The translations under genes and the position numbers were made by a program. A stretch of 64,000 bases of DNA from Macrostomum lignano (taxonomy: Eukaryota): assembly GCA_002269645.1 (NCBI GenBank), contig NIVC01001491.1, positions 124,001-188,000 of the forward strand. The letters run 5' to 3'. Below, piece by piece: positions 23,346 to 34,389 of this stretch. The notes beneath the pieces are model-generated. The model was not told where the DNA came from and did not search any database. It saw only the letters and a list, made by a program, of their open reading frames with translations. The first letter of the stretch is position 1. Each line of letters begins with the position of its first letter.

Positions 23346-24236
23346 CTACCGGACCAGAATCGCCAGGTAGTCGGCAACCCGACCGTGATCTTTCCACGTA
23401 GCGTTGATACCCAAATTGTAAAGGATCGTCGGAAAAGTAGTGAAATTAAAAAACGTGCACCAATCGCTGGGGGTGTCAATGATCACCATGGAGCCAGTAT
23501 CCGTCGGGCATAGCTGGGAAAATATGTTTATGAAAAAACGTCGCCTAACCAGGGAGCCAGACACGGAACCTTCGAGGCTGAATTCGTTGAACTTTTCGTT
23601 TTTCAGATTCGTTATGGGGGCCGTCTCGATAAGTCTCTGACTGGTGAACCAGCTGGTCTGGTTCACTCGCTCAGCAGCGGTTCCAACATCGAACACCCAT
23701 CGCATAACAACAGATGAGTTTCTGTAGACCTGCACAATGAACTGCTTGTAGACTAGGCTAGAAATCAATCGCTGCATGTCGTTGAGCAGACTCGACCTGA
23801 ATGCGGCGGGCAGGGTTGCAGCCTCCGGGTGAGCCGGCTGGATCACGTAGTCGAATTCGGCAGCAGCAGAATTGAACAGCTCCCAGGCTTTTTGACCGCT
23901 GCCGCTCTTGATGCTGAAGACGACGTGCTCAAGAGCGATGCGGCTAAGAGGCATTTGCAGAGTGTAGCTGCAGCTGCTTGAGCAGAGCTTGTATCGAGGG
24001 CACAGTGACGCAATCAACTGGCACGACTTTCCGGAGTTCTCGAAAACTATGGCTGAAGGGTCGGTGGACATGGCAGCCGCGATTGAGCATTGCAGTTTGT
24101 CTCCGGTGACCAGGGTGGCAGTCACTGAGCAGTTCGGGTAGAAGGCGTACTGCTTAAACTCGACTCTCTTACTGGGACACGTCAGCAAAGTTGCGGCTGC
24201 ACTCTGTGCCAACAGAAGCAATACAAGCAGAATCAT
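23346..24236 (-). CDS. Secreted Cys-rich protein of unknown function, paralogue 1 (signal peptide, PAN/apple-like N-module, ~190 aa C-domain)
   Basis: 296 aa with N-terminal MILLVLLLLAQSAAA signal. Motifs FRSSLL.DMQRLIS, WF...RL, FSLEG...RRFFIN...C..D.G.M...C and ADYLAILVR are shared with two paralogues. Confidence 0.85.
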   Translation of the reverse strand: MILLVLLLLAQSAAATLLTCPSKRVEFKQYAFYPNCSVTATLVTGDKLQCSIAAAMSTDPSAIVFENSGKSCQLIASLCPRYKLCSSSCSYTLQMPLSRIALEHVVFSIKSGSGQKAWELFNSAAAEFDYVIQPAHPEAATLPAAFRSSLLNDMQRLISSLVYKQFIVQVYRNSSVVMRWVFDVGTAAERVNQTSWFTSQRLIETAPITNLKNEKFNEFSLEGSVSGSLVRRRFFINIFSQLCPTDTGSMVIIDTPSDWCTFFNFTTFPTILYNLGINATWKDHGRVADYLAILVR

Positions 24237-24765
24237 GGTGTCTTGAAGAGCCTTGAAATTAAGTTGAGAAATTTTTCAATAACTTGGCTTCGTTGCTGTG
24301 AATTGATTTCTGAGAGCGAGATAGCTTAAATATTTCTATCCATAGCCAATCAGATGCCAGAGTCGACAGCCCAGACTTCATGCTAATCAATGGCCAATTC
24401 GCCATCTAAGTCAAGGACTTTTACTGCATAGGTAATTTTTCCCCCGCTCAAGATTTTATCTTGGATTGCTCAAAATCCTGAAAAATCCTTTCGCTCTACT
24501 TTAGTAGGCACAAGTGTGTATGTTGAAAGTAATTACGAAAGAATGCGATATTTTGGACTCAGCTTCTACGGAGCATGAGACGACGGCTTCCAATAACATG
24601 ACTAAGTTAGGTTTAGCCAATACGGAGAAGGTAAAGGATACTTAAAGTACATCGTAAAAGGCTTTTTAATCCACATGCACTGCCGAACAACAACTGATCG
24701 ACCAAGCTTTAGGGATCAAAGATAATTTTCAAACAAGTTTTTATACAGACCATTAAACTAAAAAT

Positions 24766-25677
24766 ATGAATAACTTTCTCCCACTAATTGTACTGCTCTA
24801 TAACGTCATATTCAATATTCATTTTGCAACATCAACTGCCTGCAGCTCTAAAAGGCTCGAATACAAAAAATATGGCTTCCTGCCCAACTGCTCCGAGTAC
24901 CTAACTCTGAGCACAGGACGCTCTCAAGACTGCGTCATGGCTGCAGCTGTGTCTCCCGTCCAGTCTGCCGCGGTCGTGTCTACTTCCGAGGCCGAATGTC
25001 ACGTGACCACCGCCCAGTGTCATCGCTACCTCCTGTGCTCCACCGACTGTCCCTACACTGTGCTCATGCCTGCCAGTATGCTCAACAGCCTCGAGCACAT
25101 CGTGATGAGCGTGAAGAGCGGCTGCGGTTTTAAGGTGTGGGACGTGCTGACTGGGTCGGCATTGCCACCTGACCCTGGTGTCCTGCCAGCTCACCCAGGC
25201 GCCGCCGACATACTGGACGCCTTCCGCTCGAACGTTCTCGACGACATTCAGCGCCTGATATCCGGTCTGACTTTCAAGCAGCTCATCGTGCAACTGTACA
25301 AGAGCTCCGCTGTGGTTGTGAGGCTCGTGTTCGATGTCGGGACGAACTTCGCCAGTGTCAACCTGACGAACTGGTTCAGAAAGGAGCGTCTCGTACAGAG
25401 CTTTCCGGTCACCAACCTCGCCAACATGAGCACGAACGTCTTCAGCATCAAATGAGAAAATAGAGGCTCGTTTCAGAGACGTTTTTTTGTCAACTTTAAC
25501 TATGGTGGCTGCAATAATGACCGCGGGCTCATGGCAGTCTTGGATTCCAACGATGACTATTGCGCAGCATACCAATACTCACAGCCGATTCCTCGAATCG
25601 TGTTTAGTTCGGATCCCAGTCGCACAATGGCGACGACAATTCAGGATGCCGAACATTTTGCCATTTTGGCGCGCTAA
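24766..25677 (+). pseudogene. Secreted protein paralogue 2 with a single in-frame TGA (25453-25455)
   Basis: The frame continues without shift after the TGA: FSIK*ENRGSFQRRFFVNFNYGGCNNDRGLMAVLDS...AEHFAILAR*, colinear with paralogue 3 where the aligned codon is GGC (Gly). Confidence 0.8.
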
Positions 25678-25867
25678 AGTTGAAAAATTATTAGACTACA
25701 TATAACCAACGTTGGGATCAATGATACATATTTTTGCATATTACCATTTGTTTGCACGACATTAATTGTCTAATGGTTTACTCGTAGATATTTTTCGTTA
25801 TCGAGTTTTGCTATCTTTCAGTGTCATAATTATATAATAGTTAATTAATCTTATTAATCTTTATTGA

Positions 25868-26165
25868 TAGTAAATAAAAATTGATTACACCTGCCCTAAT
25901 GGGCAGATGCGTAACCGACAGCTCAGCCGCTGCTATTGCCTGGCGCATTTGAAGGCTGCGTACGGCTGTTCAGTCCAAGGAACGAGGGGTCACCATGCAC
26001 ACACACCCTCAATTACCCCAGCTACATGAAAGGATGGCACCAAATTTACAGATGGGTGAGCTGAAGCAATTGCTCAACGACACAAACTGTTTCAAGGGGG
26101 TCGAGAATCGAACCCCCAACCTTTAAAACCTGAGTCCGACATTCTTACCACTCAGATACACGAGC
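25868..26165 (-). mobile_element. SINE family A, copy 2
   Basis: Reverse complement of copy 1 core and tRNA head (GAGAATCGAACCCCC...CTTACCACTCAGATAC). Confidence 0.8.
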
Positions 26166-27183
26166 CTCACAACCAAAATCCCCAAGATATTGGGTAACTT
26201 TTAAAAATGCTGCATTGAACTATTATTGAAAAGGTATACTTTTTAATGCTGTAGGTAGTAAGCCTATACATAATTTGTCAATAAAGTCAAGCGTAATGCA
26301 TGACTAGTTTGTTGAGCTGCAAATTTTTGTGTCAAATAAAGTAAAAATTGATAGACTAATAAACCGACTCAATTCATTTACATCTTGTCAAGTTTGGTTT
26401 ATTTGACTTTGGTTTATTTGACGTTTGGCTTTTGAAATGGAAGTCTTCTTTAACGATCAATGCAGAATTTTATTCAAACACAAAGGAAATTTCTCTGTAT
26501 CTTCAATAGGAACACAAATTGCCGGAAACAGTGAGATGCATAGACATGTTATGATAAAATTTGATAGACATTGATAAGCCGATATTCACTGTGTCGTGAA
26601 TAGGGTCATTGAGCGAGAACCGGCGACCACTTTTAGCAGCAATAAAACACGCTTTTAGTTTTAACTAAGTGTTGCATTTGACTACATGAGCCCAGCATTG
26701 TCAGCCTTTGCCTAAAAGCATTGTAAAACGCATTTATGTATTTACGTTGTTGCATAAAAGCTCCTAACACGTCTGTATCTACTCTGGTTTAGAGTCAAAT
26801 GTCTCTGAGATACAAAGCAAATACTCTATATTAAGCAGTTCACACCTAATGGCTGGCACGACACCGCCAGTGGTGTTCGCAGATAATTTTGATGGTATTC
26901 ACAGATACAAGAATTCTAGATAACTCACTAGTAGGGTTCGGAGTTTGTCATTCAGTTAAACTACTTCTAAATAGCTCGTAAGTAGTGTGATGCGAGAATT
27001 ATACGTTATTTACGACAAATTGGTTTTGAAAATCTGTTTAGATATAAATAAAATTTATCTTCTTCAGAGCTGACAAACGTCTTTATTTATCCAGTTTATT
27101 ATCCGTGCGCTATTTTTGACATGGGATGCCTCCGCTTTCAGGTCATATAAGTAAAAATAAGTCTTGAGTAAAAATTATCTTTA

Positions 27184-27399
27184 AGCACCAAGGGGCTTTA
27201 GCACCAAGGGGCTTTAGCACCAAGGGGCTTTAGCACCAAGGGGCTTTAGCACCAAGGGGCTTTAGCACCAAGGGGCTTTAGCAAGGGGCTTTAGCACCAA
27301 GGGGCTTTAGCACCAAGGGGCTTTAGCACCAAGGGGCTTTAGCACCAAGGGGCTTTAGCACCAAGGGGCTTTAGCACCAAGGGGCTTTAGCAAGGGGCT
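27184..27399. repeat. 16-bp tandem repeat (GCACCAAGGGGCTTTA)n, ~13 units
   Basis: Perfect units plus two 13-bp variants lacking ACC. Confidence 0.95.
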
Positions 27400-27869
27400 A
27401 TCCAAACAAAGATTCTCAGAATATTTGTTGGGATAGCCAATTCAAAAAAACCCGTGTGAATTGCTGGATATTTGCTTGGATGGCATAAAATGCCAGTCAT
27501 ATTTGAGCGCATCGAAGGTGATTGACAGCCAGGTAACGCGAAACCGCCGCGCATGATTGCATCTTAGCTAATAATTGGTTAAGCACTCTCCGAACGCATC
27601 TGGATCCCATTTAGCTCCACTCTGCCACAAGTATTCCATGAGTTTATATGCTATCGTGATATGATTCCGCTATCTTCCGAACGGAAAGTTGCAAAAGTCA
27701 AAATTCCATGTCACCTACATGTAGCTCTTCCTGCCATTCACAAATCCAATTCGAGGATAGCATGGAGGATTCGAGGATAAAGCTGGACAGTCAGAAAAAA
27801 TCATGCAGTTTAGATGGAATTTCTACATCTACCTCATAAATTGTATGCATTGAGAAGTCCCTTATTTAA

Positions 27870-28450
27870 TTAAATTCTGTCAGCCATCGCAAATATGTAA
27901 CAATTGTTTCCAGATTCATTTGCCAGCCCGAAAGATTATTCGGCTCAGGTATAACATTGATTTTTTCAGAGCGGGGCAGTAGTGCTTGCGCTGGTCTCTT
28001 TCCTGTATTTTCTTTTCCGCTCTCCTCATGGGCGCGCTGGATTAAGCGAGAACCGCAGCACGAAAGAAGATCTCTAACATTTTTGGTAGCTACAGCTACC
28101 AAATCCTCAGTGGCCACCCTTTGTATAACAAAGGAATGTGGAGGGCAGGTGGGTTTAGCAAAAAAGCATTCTTGTTTTCCCACCGTGTGTCTGGGCTTCA
28201 ATGCAGCGAAGTCAAGCAGGTCCAACATGTTCAATGAGGAGGTCCAAAGCTTGGATGAAAAAAATCGATATTACTCGGCTCTGCATGATACAATATCGAT
28301 TTTTTCAGAGCGGGTGGCTGCAGTAGTGTTTGCCCCGATCTCTTTCCGGCCTTATCTTCTCTCTTTTCTCCTCGTGGGTACCCTGGAGAGAGCGTCTCCA
28401 GCATTTTTCAGCAGTTATCCAGACAGCACAGCTTCAGTGTAGTGGATTTT
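27870..28450 (-). mobile_element. Possible decayed hAT-type transposase fragment with internal duplication
   Basis: Broken frames such as FFIQALDLLIEHV and KC*RSSFVLR faintly resemble hAT transposases. TTTTTCAGAGCGGG..GCAGTAGTG recurs ~340 bp apart. Confidence 0.25.
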
Positions 28451-29315
28451 TTACCTTTGTCAGAAGCCAGGTCTTGAGACAAGAATTTGGCCTCCAGGGT
28501 CTTCAGGTGCATACGCGTAGAATATTTTGAGTTTCTATAGAAGCCTTCTAATTTCAGCAAAGTTACTGTAAATTTAAAGTGCCATGAAATTTATTTATTA
28601 GCTACCTTATACAGTTGATTCAATGTAGTTTATTCGGCATTTTAATTTCGACTTGGGACAGAACTTTTGCATGCACTGGAGCGCATTCCTTCGGGCAACT
28701 GGCACTTGGAGTTCTACGAGCTAATTAGACTCGTGCTGTTTATAATATAAATTTACTGAGACAACTAGGAACATTTTTATGATGCCTTATTTTTTAGGAC
28801 GGTCAGGACCATGTGCTGATGTTGAATTACGTTGGGCAGCATAAGAGATAAAATACTTCTAATCCTTCTTTAGGAACAATGAACATGGAATTAATGGGGA
28901 TTATGGTGGCAGGGGAAAATTCTCTTAAGTATTATGTTGGAAGATATTCGAGCTCATTCGAAACCCCCATACTACCGATATCTGTAGTAATAACGAATAT
29001 AGAATCCACGCAATTACGAAGGAAGCGAATTATTCCCCATTATGCTTACCACTTGTCTACCCAATCAAGTACCCCCGAATTGAAGCAGGAGTTGATGAGC
29101 AGGTTGCAGCAGCCGGAGGCTTTTTGTTAGATTTCCTCATTCGCTGCGTCAATCTTCGCCAATGAATGCCAAGGCATCACAGGAGAGTCTACTGATACAG
29201 ATAAATACCAAAGTCCACAGTAAGCTACAACATCCCGCGTTTTCGCTCCCACAGCGGCAAAAAGAACGATTTCTGCATGTAAAGCTTTGCTGTTTTGCTT
29301 ATCTATTCAGAAATA

Positions 29316-30230
29316 AAAATGGGAACTCTACGTCTCATAACGCTAGTATTATATGCGATCGTGAGTACATTCTCTTCGGAAGTGATTGCTGATTGCACCC
29401 ATAAGCAATTGCAGTACAAGCGACACGCATTTCGTCCGAACTGCTCTGACCTGATGACGCTGAGCACAGGAAGTGCTCAAGATTGCGTTATGGCTGCAGC
29501 TGTGTCTCCCGTCCAGTCTGCCGCGGTCGTGTCTACTTCCGAAGCCGAATGTCACGTGACCACCGCCCAGTGTCCTCGCTACCTGCTATGCTCCACCGAC
29601 TGTCCCTACACTGTGCTCATGCCTGCCAGTGTACTCAACAGCCTCGAGCACATCGTGATGAGCGTGAAGGGCGGCTGTGGTTACAAGATATGGGATGTGC
29701 TGACTGGGTCGGCATTGCCACCTGACCCTGTTGTCCAGCTGGCCCCTCCCAGCGCAGCTGCCCTGCCGAACGTCTTCCGCTCGAGCGTGCTGGACGACAT
29801 GCAGCGCCTGATCTCCGGTCTGACCTTCAAGCATCTCATCGTGCAGCTGTACAAGAGCTCCACCGTGGTTGTGAGGCTTGTGTTCGATGTCCGGACGAAC
29901 TCCGCCAGTGTCAACCTGACGAACTGGTTCAGAAAGGAGCGTCTCGTACAGAACTTGCCGGTCACCAACCTCGCCAACATAAGCACGAACTTCTTCAGCA
30001 TCGAGGGCGCCACTGACTATACAAACTTGAGAAGATTTTTCATTAACTATAGCTACGGCGGATGCGACATTGACAAAGGGTTTATGGCTATTCTAGATTC
30101 GAAAAATGATGTTTGCTCCATGTACCAGTTTTCAGAGCCGATTCCTCGCATTGTCTTCAGTTCAGATCCGACAAAGTCGATGGCCTCAACACTTCAAATT
30201 GCCGACTACATGGCTATTCTAGTGCGCTAG
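29316..30230 (+). CDS. Secreted Cys-rich protein of unknown function, paralogue 3
   Basis: Start probably MGTLRLITLVLYAIVSTFSSEVIA (signal peptide); intact to IADYMAILVR*. Confidence 0.87.
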   Translation, partial: KMGTLRLITLVLYAIVSTFSSEVIADCTHKQLQYKRHAFRPNCSDLMTLSTGSAQDCVMAAAVSPVQSAAVVSTSEAECHVTTAQCPRYLLCSTDCPYTVLMPASVLNSLEHIVMSVKGGCGYKIWDVLTGSALPPDPVVQLAPPSAAALPNVFRSSVLDDMQRLISGLTFKHLIVQLYKSSTVVVRLVFDVRTNSASVNLTNWFRKERLVQNLPVTNLANISTNFFSIEGATDYTNLRRFFINYSYGGCDIDKGFMAILDSKNDVCSMYQFSEPIPRIVFSSDPTKSMASTLQIADYMAILVR

Positions 30231-31260
30231 TTTGATCTGTGCGTTCAGAATTGGTCACAATGCTGCTTTGACGGGCGAGTTATTGACACAAGTGATGTCG
30301 TCGGTGATCACTATGTGGCACTACTGAAAACTTTTTACTAAACCTCAAAGCTAACGTAATTTTCATTTTTGTTGCTGTTAAAGGTCAAAAAGTCTAATTT
30401 GGGTGTCAAATTTCTTGTCTCGTATCTATAGTCAAGTATTTTATATAGATTTCTATACTTCTATCATTTTGTATCTCAAATTTGTTTATTGGGGGATATT
30501 AATCGCACGAACACCCCCGGCCCTACCGCGTTGGGAAACACACTAGGGGTCTTGTCGCGAGAGTGATAAGCTTAGGAGAAAAAAGCTGTGTTTCCAACAA
30601 AGAACTAATTTTTGCGTTTTTTGAACAGATCTGTTGTAAGCCGTTTCTATTTTTGTTTATTAGCTACTGAGAACGATCACATGTAACGTTATATTCGTCC
30701 CTTGTTAATAAATTTTCTCTGCATTATATTCAGTGACAGCAATTTTAAAGAAGTCCCTTAAAGTAGCTAGCTTTCCTCTTCAAATACACTTATTGCCTCC
30801 CTTTGAGCTCTTTGCAAACAGAAAAGTAACGACTCTAAACTTTTTAAATTCACACCATTTCAAGGCTTTGTTTTGGAGCTCCTTTAAAAAAGAAGGTAAA
30901 GAGGTGCCTCAAACTTATGATTGACACATTACTTCAAAATTAGCTACTGTATGGCTGCCCATGAGACCTTTTTCACCTGTAAGAAATTCGTCAAAGAATG
31001 AGCAGCCATTTAGCACATATGGATTTAATTGCAATTTGCATCAGCAGATGCTGCAACTTAACAAGAAGATTCAGAATTGAAATCTGAAGTGCTACAAAAA
31101 TTCTCATTGCAATTCTACCAGCTGCATAACTCTCATATTCGTATCTGCAATGTTATGATAGTTGCCTATTCTCACTACGCATTGACGAAGAAAAATATTC
31201 TAAGCAAAATTGTCTTTTCTAACTTTTTTAATTGCAAAATTACAGGTGTATATACAATGC

Positions 31261-31875
<615 letters not shown>

Positions 31876-32824
31876 CTTCAGGTCTGAATTTGGTGGCTAC
31901 TGGTTTTCAGTCAGGCGTAACTCCTGGATTTTCAACAAGTGGCACCAGTTAACAAAGGACATCTACGAGTAGTTGGGAATTTTTACAGTGCCAATGGCCC
32001 AGCATCAACAGTAGGGATTGGTCTCTCACGAATTTATACGTCATCGTGAAGCTATCGACATCGACGTCTTCAACACGTAGCACCGCCAGGTAACTAGGGA
32101 CACACTGTTGTGAATATGTCAGACTCGTTTTTATCATAGCCCCTGTTGTGAACTTTAATGATATATGATATAATTGTCAATTCACCATGCGATCCGAGTA
32201 TCCTCAGACGCAAGAAAATATGCAGTAGTCAGGCATCCTATATACCAAAATTTGAGCTCATTAGATCGATGAGACCAACAAAGACGGCGGCTTGCACCAG
32301 TGCAGTAGGATCAGTGTAGGCCGAATTGAGAGCAAAGCAAAACAGTTTAGTTGTGAACATTAATTTGAGTTGGTACGCTAGTAATACAAAATTTGACGTT
32401 ATTAAAAACAGTTAAAAAGTTAAAAAATAAATTTGTCTGTTACTATGTCTGAATGATATTAGCAAAAGCACATTCACATAGTTTAAAACAGTAATAATGT
32501 AAATTTATCGATAACAATATTAAAATATTATTTGTTACAATACTTCGTTCGTTATAACTAAAACACATCCACATTATTACAAATAGCTAGTCATAATTCA
32601 TAAAATAAAACTGTTTTCTACAATCTACAATACTGAATTCGTAACAAAACACTGCTTCTTTTTCGCACCGAGAAACAGCTTGCAGTGATGATTCCGTCTC
32701 AAATTTTCTTCAAACGTACTTAGGCTTGAAGAGCCTAAACGATGTATGTAGATGTACTGTTAAGTAATTTATAACGTATGAAAATGTAAAAGTATGGCCA
32801 AGTTAAAAACCAACTGCTTCTATG

Positions 32825-34114
32825 TCACTCGCAGACAGCGTACACGTCGAACTCGTCGTTACAAACGCCGATGAGGTCGTCAATGCCGCCGCAAGTGCCC
32901 ACCATCGTGCCAACAATGGTATCGATAGCACTTTTCGCCTTGTCAATTTCTCTCCTTTGTTCGTCAGTCGGCGGAGGTCCGACATTCTCAAGGCCGAAGG
33001 TCGCTTTGGAGGCCTCTGCCAGACCCCGCAGCTGGTCAAATTTGGCTCTGGCGGCTCTCTGGTCATCAGAAGCGAGCGCTGCTTGCAGGGCGGCCGCCTC
33101 CGCCCGCTTGCGAACTGCCGAAGCGGCCCAGTCGGCCTTCGGTGTGGCGGAGTTCAACAGGTCCTGAAGGCGCTTCTTTTCCATGTCGAGAAACTCAATC
33201 AGACCCACGATGAGGCTGTTCCAGGGCTGCAGTGAAGCGTTGACTCGGTCAGCCTGTGCAGTTTGCTGCTGCACCCGATCGACCAGATTCGTACAATCGG
33301 CCTTGCGTTGAATTGATTTATTAAAGTTTGAAATATTGTATAAAAAGTGTAAATAAAGACTACTTCTGAAATTCAAAATTGCTAACTGTTGAGTCGACGT
33401 AAAAAATTCCAGTATTTGCAGCGGCAGAATGCTCTCGTACTTGACGTTTCATGCAAAGCAAGCAGAACAGGGAATAAACGTCAAACATTCCACTAGAGGC
33501 AAATTGAAACGACTTTAATGCTGACTTTTACCTCGAACTGCATCCAATGAATGCTGAAGTGCCGGCTGCACAGCCGCCTGTCGCAGTGCCTGCACTTGAC
33601 GAAGACAGGGATGGAGCACTGGCCAGCTTCGTCCTTCCACCGGCAGGTGGCGCCCTCTTGGGGTATCAGGTGAGAGGAACTGATGAGCCTCTCCATTGTG
33701 CTGTTCTGTAGCGGTTGGGTGCTGAGCTGGCTCCTGCATATTGGACAAGTGCTGGCTTCCCGAAGAAGCCGCTCGTAGCAGGGACGGCAGAGCGTGTGAT
33801 GACTCGCACACACGTAGAGAGGGTCAGTGAAAGTTCCCAAACACACAGGGCATTCTAGGTCTTTGTTAGTTTCTTCACCTGATTAAGATTGGATCGAATT
33901 GTAGAATGAGCAAAATCTTTTGAAAAGCACCAATTATTCCACAATAAAACGACTAATCTTATATATTATATTATAGCAGTGCATTGTAATACATAGTAGG
34001 GCCTTAATATAGTGCAAACCAATTTGAAAACTAACAAATCAGCATAAAAAATTTACCTGCATCGGTTTCATATTGACTGTAACAAAGGTTCAAATATACT
34101 CTTGAATCAGCCAT
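32825..34114 (-). CDS. TRIM-like gene B (exons 34114-34057, 33878-33532, 33301-32825; ~293 aa)
   Basis: RING DLECPVCLGTFTDPLYVCASHHTLCRPC..CPIC; B-box-like C..C..CRHCDRRLCSRHFSIH; phases 1/0 as in gene A. The exon 3 acceptor (aag) is weak. Confidence 0.78.
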
Positions 34115-34389
34115 GCCGTAATTTCTCAAACACCAACAAACTGGAGATTAAAAAGTCGTTTTCAATTTTTAACCAAAAGTTTAAACGGCCCTAAAACACT
34201 TATGTAGGAATAAAAAACAAGCAGTCCACAGGATGTACCGTCTTTATTATTCTTGCACTTTGCAGAAGCTTTTTTGCTTTTGATAGATTGTACGTACGAG
34301 AAAACAATACTTGGATTTGGAAACTGTTCGTTTCTACTCGTATTTTAGTTTCTATTTTTAGAGCAGATAAAGTAGCTTAGTTATTAATA

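Noticed and set aside
25453-25455. Selenocysteine codon
   Set aside because: The aligned residue in both paralogues is Gly, not Cys, and no SECIS-like hairpin was recognised downstream.
31949-32340. Possible extra exons downstream of gene B
   Set aside because: Short open stretches with plausible acceptors but no similarity to any paralogue, including the gene A C-terminus.
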